Part shown: piece by piece, positions 54,745-64,000 of the stretch
Numbering within the stretch: position 1 is the stretch's first letter
How the letters are laid out: every line of letters begins with the position of its first letter
Source of the DNA: the human T2T-CHM13v2.0 reference genome, Homo sapiens
Assembly: GCF_009914755.1 (NCBI RefSeq)
Contig: NC_060926.1
Length of the DNA stretch: 64,000 bases
Direction: 5' to 3' (one strand)
The notes under the pieces: generated by a model
Told to the model about the DNA's origin: nothing
What the model saw: only the letters and a program-made list of their open reading frames with translations
The model's database searches: none
Position numbers and translations under genes: made by a program

Positions 54745-55335
54745 TTTAAAACCTAAGCATTCACTTACCATACAACTCAGCAATTTTACTGTTGGGCATT
54801 TATCCCAGAGAAATAAAAATATATTCAATACAGAAATTTCTATAGTTTCATTCACAGTGCCACAAATTGGAAGGAAAGTACTTAAATGCCCTTCAGCGGG
54901 TGAACAGTGAAACAAACTATGCATCCATGTCATGGAATACTACGTGGCAGTAAACAAGAGCAAACTGGACATGTGGAGCAACTTGGATTGATCTCAGGGC
55001 ATTGTGCTGAATGAAAAGCCTTAAGATGTCACATGAACGATTCCATTTGGTAACATTCTTTAAATAACAGAATCATATAAATGAAAAACACATGAGTGGT
55101 TGCCAGAGGTTAGGAGTGTTGGAGTGTGCAGAGGTATGTGATGGTCAGAGATAACATGAAAGAGAAGTCTGTGGTGATGGAATAGTCCTGTAACTTGATA
55201 GAGGCTGATGTTACAGGAAGCTGCCCATGTGATGAAATGACAGACACCCGCACACATGCATTGTTGCAATGTCAGGTTCCTGGTTTTGCTCCTGTACTGT
55301 AGTCACGTAAGATGTGAGCACTGGGGAGACTGTGA
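54745..55335 (+). mobile_element. Old L1M (L1ME/MD-like) 3' fragment
   Basis: cacttaccata..cagcaatt..gggcatttatcccagagaaat..gtggttgccagagg. Confidence 0.75.
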
Positions 55336-55814
55336 GGGAGAATTCTGAGCAGAAGGCTCACGTGGCTTCCTGCCTCCTACCATGCCACCCCCACCGGATG
55401 CATTAAATTTCTGGTCTGAGTCAGCCTGCCTCTGTCCCCATCCATCTGTCTGTCTGTCTCTTTCTTCCCCTCCCTCCCTGCCTCCTCACTGTTTCACATG
55501 GTCATTGTAAAAAAAAAACCTAAAAAATTAGGAAATATAGATAAATTGAAAGGAAAAATTTTAAACCATGAGGTTGTTCCTTTCTTATTTAAATATGGTT
55601 GTTCCCTTGTTTCATGAGCCATAGGCTTTGGGCCTGGGCAGGATCTGTAGCCCACAGCCTTTGAGTTCTTGACCTATCCTCTGAGATTTTTAGGGTTCAA
55701 AGTAGAAAGACTTGGTCCCCTGCTTCCAGTCCTATCTGGTACCCACTCCCTCATCTTTTCTGGCTAACCATTGTGCTTCCCAGTAATTATGTTTAACATT
55801 TTCTCACATAGGGA

Positions 55815-55990
55815 TTAACAACATAGGCTCTGGACTCAGAGTGCCTAGGTTTAAATCTTGACTCCACCACCTCCTTAGTAGTTATTCAGTCTCTTTGTGC
55901 CTCAGTTTCTTCATTTGTAACTAACACCTATCTCAGAAGCCGTGGGAAGGATTAAGGGATGTGATAGGAAGCACTCACTGACTCTTGGAT
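55815..55990 (+). mobile_element. MIR
   Basis: ggctctggactcaga..gtgcctcagtttcttcatttgtaa. Confidence 0.7.
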
Positions 55991-56211
55991 ATCATTATTT
56001 ATGGTTGTTACTTGGTGTCTCTGGCTGCATTTTGTTTGTCGCTGCTGGTTCCGTGACTGTCCATCAGTGTGCCTTGCGCCTGTTCTGTAGATTTTATTTC
56101 ACAGTCTCTTGGTTTTGGTGGGTGGCACACTGCCCTGAGAGGATGGGGACGTGAGAAAGATTCTGAGCCCTTTAGTTGTTTCTAGTGCTACATCATGATT
56201 GTCATCATTGC

Positions 56212-56797
56212 TGTAAGCCAAAAAGTATATGAGACAAGTCTTACTCAATTTAGAACATGTATTTTGCCAAAGTTAATGACGCACCCATGACACAGCCTCA
56301 GGAGGTCCTGACAACATGCGCCCCGGGGTGGTCGGGGTACAGCTTGCTTTTATACATTTCAGGGAGACATGAGACATCAATCAATATATGTAAGATGTAC
56401 ATTGGTTCAGTCCAGTAAGGTGGAACAATTCGAAGTAGGGGGTTTCCAGGCCAGAAGTAGATAAGAGACAAAAAGTTGCATTCTTTTGAGTCCTTGATCA
56501 GCCTTCCGATGAATACACAATTGTGTCTGGCTCAGTGAACCTACATTTTTACGTGAACAATAGGGCAGAGGAAGCAATCAGTTATGCATTTGTCTCAAGT
56601 GAGCCTCAAAGGGATGACTTTGAGTTGTATCTGTCCTTTTTCCATAAGGAGTTTTCTCGCGGGCAAATGGTGAGGGAGGGATGTAGGTTGTTATCTTTGT
56701 AGCTATCTTATTTAGCAATAAAACAGGAGGCAAGTTTGCCTGATGTAGTTTCCAGCTTGACTTTTTCCTTGGCTTAGTGATTTAGTTTCCTTTCGCA
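56212..56797 (-). mobile_element. Solo LTR, MER4A-like (ERV1)
   Basis: TG...CA ends; 4-bp TSD TTGC on both sides; gacacagcctcaggaggtcctgac and cagggagacatgagacatcaatc motifs. Confidence 0.88.
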
Positions 56798-57663
56798 TTG
56801 CTAACTCAATCACAGGAGACAGGAGTGTGAACTGAATATAGCAAGAATGCCAAAGTATGTAACAGTTTCCTTAGTCATGATAGAGACTGAGAAACATCGG
56901 CTCACCTAAGCTTTGAGGTTAGCTGGAGTCCAGTAGAAGAGTTATAACTAAACACTGGCCCTTGTGTGTTTCCACTTGTGCCCATTCATTGAAGCTGAGA
57001 TTGGACTGAGTACATTTGTGACTATGTACCAGTAGCAAAGGTGATAGAAGTCAAACATAGCTCTTAGTTTTAGGGGCTCATGGCCTCCTGGGGAAGGGAC
57101 CCATCAGGCATAGCTGGCAGTCATGGCCAGGGTTGTAGAAGCCCAGGTCCAGGCAGGGTTCAAATGCTCCTCAGAGTGTGCCAGCAGCCTCAGCCTCAGG
57201 GAGAGCTTGTCAGGGGATGTTTTACAAGGTCTCCAAAAGCCTCTTATGCCCTCCAGAGTGAAAAGCACGGCATTGTTGATGAAGTCTTGTGGCAAATATG
57301 CAAGGCACGTGTGGATATTTCTTTCTCTTGGAGGCTTACAAGGTAGCCCCGGTCTCCTGGTGCAGTGTTTATAGCATAGTCCACTGGGACTGCCGCTCTG
57401 ACAAAGACTGTGTCACTACTTTGTGGAATGTTATTTTAGAACTTCCAGAATGCCTCAGTAAATCCTGACTGCCATGTAACTGTGTACTGTGCTGCTGAGC
57501 TCTTAACATGAAGCAGCAGTAGTGACCCTGGCGGGCCAGGCTGACGTGCGTGGGAACAGTGGGAGTGACCCTGGCTGGGAAGCAGGGAGGCCTGGATATT
57601 GTTTCTCCTGGCTCTGTGTCCTGCCATTCTCGTCCCTGTGCTCAGAGCTCTCAAGCACCCACG

Positions 57664-57845
57664 ATGGCCTTCTCAGGCCGAGCGCGCCCCTGCATTATCC
57701 CAGAGAACGAAGAAATCCCCCGAGCAGCCCTTAACACTGTCCACGAGGCCAATGGGACCGAGGACGAGAGGGCTGTTTCCAAACTGCAGCGCAGGCACAG
57801 TGACGTGAAAGTCTACAAGGAGTTCTGTGACTTTTATGCGAAATT
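57664..57845 (+). CDS. LIMS1: LIMS1 alternative first coding exon (MAFSGRARPCIIPENEEIPRAALNTVHEANGTEDERAVSKLQRRHSDVKVYKEFCDFYAKF), also the N-terminus of paralogs LIMS3/LIMS4
   Basis: Good Kozak context ACGATGG; 60 codons plus TT; donor GTGAGT at 57846. TT|C gives Phe in frame with the next exon. CpG-rich coding-like sequence inside ORF 57550..57849. Confidence 0.93.
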
Positions 57846-58890
57846 GTGAGTGTCTCCTCTCCTGGAGTGCCCTCTTCCAGGTCCAGCGTTCTTGGCTGTC
57901 TGTTCAGGAGCCATCCTGAGCTGGCCCATACAATTTTATTGACTGGACTTTGGGTGGGAGTTTTCCAGGGTGGTAGGGCTCCGAGGGGCTCGCAGCGCAG
58001 CATGTTTAGGGAGACAGGAGACTGCCTTGTCGGTAAGACATGCAGCGACACGCAGATGGGAGGGAGGTGCTGCCCTCACTGTGAGAGCATGGCGGCCCCG
58101 TCTTCAGTAGGTTCCTGATCACTTGGTAACTAACTGCATTTTCATCATGTCGTCCGCAAGGGAGGCTTAGTGTTGTCATTGTCAGTAATTACGTTAGAAA
58201 AATTCTGCAGTCTAAAACGGCCCAAAGATAAGGGGCAGATGGGTTGGGACAGTGAAAAAAACAAATTACAGACTGTTGGTAAAGATAAATATTTTTGTTT
58301 TGTGTAATAATCAACAATTTGAAGTAAGCTAACTGGGTTTCTTAATTGAATGAATAAATATATATATCGTATAAGTAGCAGCTCAATACACATATAGAAC
58401 ATACTGTTAACTCTAAAAAGCTAGGCTAATTTATATTATTAAATAGGTTTTAGCAAACACATTTTTTTAAGAAAATGCAGAGTAGCCATCAGACCAGCTC
58501 AAGATTATTGACCTCATTCAAAGTTGTGAGCTTAGAATTACTGCGTATCCCAAATTTGTCAAGTAAGAGTTAATGAGAATTTAACTGACCCGGTTCTCTA
58601 CTTCCATAATCCGTGCTCTGTGGTACAGATGTCACTTATCTTCACAACTCACAGAGAGCTCTGTTTGACAGTAACTGGGGAATTGTAATAATACAGTAAC
58701 CAATATTTTGACTGCTTGGTGAACTCTCAAGAAGATTTTTGGATTTATACATTGCTGCATTTTAGGACCAAACAGTTTGTTTTGCATACTTGAATAATGG
58801 AAAGCAAGATATCAGTTGTGCTGTGTGAGGTTGATTTGTGGAAGTAGATCAGCTTCATCAGTCATGCCTGGCCTGACTTTTACATATAAA

Positions 58891-58906
58891 TATCTATCTA
58901 TCTATC

Positions 58907-58942
<36 letters not shown>
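58891..58942. repeat. (TATC)4(GATA)9 inverted tetranucleotide repeat
   Basis: Read directly from the sequence. Confidence 0.97.
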
Positions 58943-59406
58943 CTCCCCCACTTACATATTTCTTGTCATCAACACTTTTTACTGAAAATCTTTTTCTGAA
59001 AAATTAGCTAATTAATTATAACTAATCTGATGGTAGCTATAACTGTCACTAATGACTTTTTTAAAGTAATTTCTGTCATCTGTAGTATTAAATATAAAAT
59101 CAACATTTAAAAAAAAAAACAACAGGCATTGTGCCAGAGGGTCAAAGGCAAAAGAGGAAAGGGAAGCCTGACTGGTTCAGGGGGCAGCAAGGTGATTGTT
59201 CTGTTTCCTTTTTCCCCCTGCTTGTGATGAAAAGGAATACTTCTTGCAAAATATATATTATATTACCTCTAAAACTAGCGGATTTTTCCTGTGTGTGGGA
59301 AGTAACTGTGTGCTTGTTTTTATGATGTATCTACCTATTTCCTAATTCTACTTGAGTATTTGAACTTAAGTAGAAACAATCTATATTATAATGAGTTTAA
59401 ACTGGT

Positions 59407-59853
59407 CAGTGATAATCAAACGTTTTAATCTAAGGGCCTCTTAACACTCTTAAAAACTATTAAGGTTCCCAAAGGACTTTCATTTATCAGTATTTACCAT
59501 ATGAGAAATTGAAACTGGGAACAATTTAAAATACTTATTAATTCATTTAAAAACAACACTAAGCTTATTACGTGTTAATAATAGTAAATGTTAATATTAA
59601 TGTTGTCATGAAAAATAACTGTTTTCCAAAATGGAAGAGGCTTAGAGGAAAGGATGGCATTGTGTTACATTTTTGCAAATCTTGTTAATAAAAGTTTCTC
59701 AGATTTGTTTCTGCATTCAACCTATTACAGTCTATTGTTTTAGATGAAATATATGAAGAAAACATGGCCTCCCACAGAGATGTAGTTGGAAAAGAGAGGA
59801 CTTTTCTGCCTCCTGAAAGGGTCATGGTGACGCTGACATTTTGAAAACGACTG
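59407..59853 (+). mobile_element. hAT-Charlie non-autonomous element (MER119/Charlie1-like)
   Basis: Ends cagtg..tcaaa / tttgaaaacgactg; acactcttaaaaa and tgtagttggaaaag motifs. Confidence 0.7.
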
Positions 59854-60852
59854 ATTTAGGTGATAATGATCCAGGACATTCTAGAATATTCTTTTTGGGC
59901 TTTTTTAGAGTCCCATTAAGATTGTTGAGGTTTGGTGAATCTTTTGAGAGGGTTTAGAATTAACAACAGAGCCGTATATATGAGCAGCATCTTACGGTTT
60001 CCAAATAGTTTAAAATACTTTTTCCTCAGAACAATAATGAGAACAGCACTGAGAATGACCAGGCAGATGTGGAGCTTACCGTGCTCCTTCATCCAGGAAT
60101 ACCTGTGGACTTTGGTCAGAAAGAGGGAAGAAGCACAAACCCCTCCAGAGTTTTGTAAAACTGCCACAATCATCTGGCTTACGGCAAAGCTGGGCGATGA
60201 TGAGAATTTTACAGATTTTTTCCCCAACCTACAGTAACTTTGAAATGACAGAATGGAAATTCATTTTAACATGAGGCTTGGGCCAGGTTTACTGAGCAGT
60301 GAAGCTGCTTCCCTTTCTCCCTTCCTTCCTTTTTTTTGTGGCATTTTAATTCTGCATTCAAACCTGTTAAATAAAGTTGAGCTTTGACGGGTCTGAAGTG
60401 ATGAACATGGTGTGTCTGCACGCAGTTATTTATGGCAAGGCTACAAAACAGGATGACTGTTTTGTGAAACATTTTGGGGAGAAAGGCAAAGGGAAAGTTG
60501 TCTTCCAGAGGTGTGGAGGGGAGTGAAGCAAGTAAGTGGAACCACTTTTGCTAAGGAAACAGCAAAACTTGGAAACCAATAGGGGCAAGGCAGTTAGTTA
60601 CTCTGTTTATAGAATGGAGACTGTCTACCTGTCTGTCTCACTAGTTGGTTGTGAAAATTCAGGAGAACATTGGTAATAACTTCATGAAGTACATTGATTA
60701 AATATCTGGAAGGTCAGAAGCTGTACCAGGGAACTAGACACACAGGTGTAGAGCTCATGCTGTGGGTAGGCCTGTGAAAATAAACTTGCCAAAAATTGAA
60801 GGACCGCTTGGCATGGGGGACCTTCTCCATTTCTAGGACTTTTAAGAAATAA

Positions 60853-61212
<360 letters not shown>

Positions 61213-62195
61213 GCCATGTTGCTTTCCTTCTTCCAAACTGCACAGTGGTTAGAGCCTGAGATTATTTATTGAATGCCTTCTGTGTTTTAAGGTGTAGTGA
61301 GGCTACCGATGGGGGAATTTCCCACGTCACCAGCCGCAGCAGTGGTTACTTGACAACCTGGTGTCACTTTCCTAACCTATGAAACGTGGTGGTATCCCTG
61401 TCATGTCCTTTCAAGTGTTTGAAATTCGTGGTGTAATCTGTTTTGATTGACAGTGTGATTTTATGAGCAGGGGACCTGGATTTCTAGTCCTGCGCCTTCC
61501 TTTAACTAATTAGCCTTGTGATGTTGGTCTGATCCTTCCATCTCTGTGAACCTGTTTTGCCATCTGTAAAATGATCTTTATTATGTAAAATTCTGTGATT
61601 TTAAGATACATTTTATAATATTGGTAATCAGGTTCGTCTTACCGATTAGGTAACAGGACTGGGGCATCTTGGCTGGTTTTAAGGCTACTTAAGCAGTTGT
61701 TTTCCACAGGATTTAATCAAAGGGATAACCCGTGTCTAGGTTATATGACATGGCATTTAGTTGACATGCATTTTAGATTCTGTTCTCAGAAGGGAAAGAA
61801 ACTGGCCTTGAGATGTTGACTTTTGGATATTTTAATTAAGCTACTTATTAAGCTATAAACCCAATTCCTTGAGAGCAGCTTGTAACTTTCATCTCTGTCT
61901 CAGGTGCCTAACACATAGTAGGCACTCACTCATAGTATATTCAGCAAGAAGAATGCCAAAAATGTTAGAAACAGAATCAAAGTGGGACACCCTTACAGAG
62001 CCTCAGATGCTACGGTAAAGAGGCTGAAGAGTCCGAGTTCAGAGCATGTAAGGAACAAGCAAGAAATTGAGCTTTTTAGATAAAATAGGGTTTTTGTGAT
62101 CAGATAGAATTTGCTGCTCGGTTCTTAGTGTTGTTTGATCTTCGATCTAAGAAGTGGCTGACGGTCTGCAACCTGCTGTTCTTTGCGTGTTACAG

Positions 62196-62355
62196 CAACA
62201 TGGCCAACGCCCTGGCCAGCGCCACTTGCGAGCGCTGCAAGGGCGGCTTTGCGCCCGCTGAGAAGATCGTGAACAGTAATGGGGAGCTGTACCATGAGCA
62301 GTGTTTCGTGTGCGCTCAGTGCTTCCAGCAGTTCCCAGAAGGACTCTTCTATGAG
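62196..62355 (+). CDS. LIMS1: LIMS1 shared exon encoding most of LIM domain 1 (ILK-binding); canonical ATG at 62200
   Basis: Acceptor ctttgcgtgttacag|C and donor GAG|gtgagt. Encodes [53 protein letters not shown], with LIM ligands C-x2-C...H-x2-C-x2-C-x2-C. Confidence 0.97.
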
Positions 62356-63010
62356 GTGAGTTGCACTGGACAAAAGCAGGGAGGTGCCATTCCCCGCCCT
62401 CCCGCTTCCTGCCCTTCTTTCCTGAGGCCTCCTCCTTCATGTTCAGTTTCATGATGAAAGACTGAAGTGCCACATGCATGCCAGGTATTTGATAGCTGTG
62501 AGGTCAGAGGTGGCATCTCTATGGCCCATATGGGCAGTGGCGTGATTGGGACACCCTCACAGACCCTGCATTTGTATTGCTCAGTTCATCGTCCTATTTC
62601 AGAACCCAGAGTCCCTTATGACAGAGCCTTTCAGACCTAAGCAGCTCAGCTCCACATAGAAAATTCTTTCTGAGTCTTCAGCCACACTCAGGCCCCCCAC
62701 ACACCTCACCCACTCCTGTCTCTGTGTCTTTCCCCCTTCTCAGAGGACCACTGGACCTGCTCTAAAGGAGAGCGTGTGGTGTACGTCACCCCCTCCACAA
62801 CTTCCCAGCCTCGAGCCAGGAGCGTCCATGCATTTATTTTCTAAGGGAAAAAAAAATAAGTATTTTAGGGAACTATACTGTCTACATTTAGCTCTCCTGG
62901 GTGTCTATGTTCTTTTCTAAATATTTGTTTTTCTTGATCCTCGGGTGTTAGCATATGGTCTGCACTTCCTTTGTAGTGTATTTGGTATTTTCAACATTAC
63001 TGAAACCCCT

Positions 63011-63314
63011 TTCTTGTTGTTTTTTATTGTTTTGTTTTGTTTGAGACAAAGTCTCATTGTATAGCCCAGGCTAGAGTGTAGTGGCATGATTATAGCTCAT
63101 TGCAGCCTTGAACTGCTAAGCTCAAGTGATCCTCCAGCCTCAGCCTCCTGAGTAGCTGGGGCTACAGGCACGTGCCACCATGCCCGACTAATTTTATTTT
63201 TCATAGAAACGGAGTCTCCCTATGTTGCCCAGGCTGGTCTCAAACTCCTGGGCTCAGGTGATCCTCGGCCTCCCAAAGTGCTAGGATTACAGGTATGAAC
63301 CACCATGTCTGGCC
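63011..63314 (-). mobile_element. AluJ-like
   Basis: TSD tactgaaac(c/t)cctttct. Confidence 0.94.
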
Positions 63315-64000
63315 TACTGAAACTCCTTTCTCACAGTAAACATGTATTTTGGGGGATAATCTAGAAATGCTGATCCCAGGCTATAAATGAAGGTGAGAGT
63401 GAGGTGTATGTGTGTGTTAGATCAAATAGGTAATTTACTTTTACCACCTTACTTCTTACATATTTGTACGTAAATGCACATCTATATATGATAATATATG
63501 TATATAGAATTATTTTATAGCTGGAGATGGCTGCTCTTTGATTTCTTCTTTTGCCTAGCAGATTTTTATGTTTCCCTGTTATATAAACCATGCTTGAGCA
63601 AGGAAAGGTAGTTGACAAAGATCATTGGTAAGTCCATTGTATGCCACTCCGGCAGCATTTTCCCATAGAAACAAACATGAGAGTGGGGTTCCCAGGCCAG
63701 CCCACAGAAAAGCTGTTTACCCCATCATGGGTACATGAAATACAGGGCTAGCAAGTATGTAATAATGTCAACTTGGAAACAGCTTTAAGGGTTTGGGTTA
63801 AGGAATGCTATTTTATTCACTAGCACACATTTTTTTAAGCTCCTATTGTGTCCCCAAAACACACATTCCCAACAACAAAAACCTTAGCAGTGGAAAGAGG
63901 TTTTCGTTTTCTCTTTTCTTCTAGTTCTTTTTTTTTTTTTTAACTTTATTTCTTTAGGCCTCCAAACATGCTCTATGTATCTTCTTACAGTTCTTCCTGT

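Noticed and set aside
62128-62454. 108-aa ORF read as a single-exon gene
   Set aside because: Only 62196-62355 lies between consensus splice sites; the flanks are intron read-through.

Overview
Primate (almost certainly human) genomic DNA from the 5' half of LIMS1 (PINCH1), on the + strand. The window is mostly intron. Three alternative first coding exons (ATG at 9850, 23989 and 57664) all end in a phase-2 GTGAG donor. Each can splice in frame to the shared 160-nt exon at 62196-62355, which encodes most of LIM domain 1 ([25 protein letters not shown]...GLFYE). Two of these first exons are not shown as such in the ORF track. The rest is dominated by repeats: about 28 Alu pieces, a decayed full-length sense L1PA, older L1M fragments, several solo LTRs (MLT1A, MLT1B/C, ERVK-like, MER21, MER4A-like), MER58/Tigger3/Charlie DNA elements, MIRs and microsatellites. 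Nearly all other ORFs in the track are repeat-derived or spurious. I see no new multi-gene system. The most notable items are: an LTR-supplied promoter followed by chained overlapping uORFs; a four-level nested transposon stack; an unexplained ~140-bp dispersed duplicate whose two copies each carry their own tandem duplication; a triple target-site duplication; and a very young AluY. Repeat subfamily names and isoform identities come from my memory of consensus and protein sequences, not from a search.
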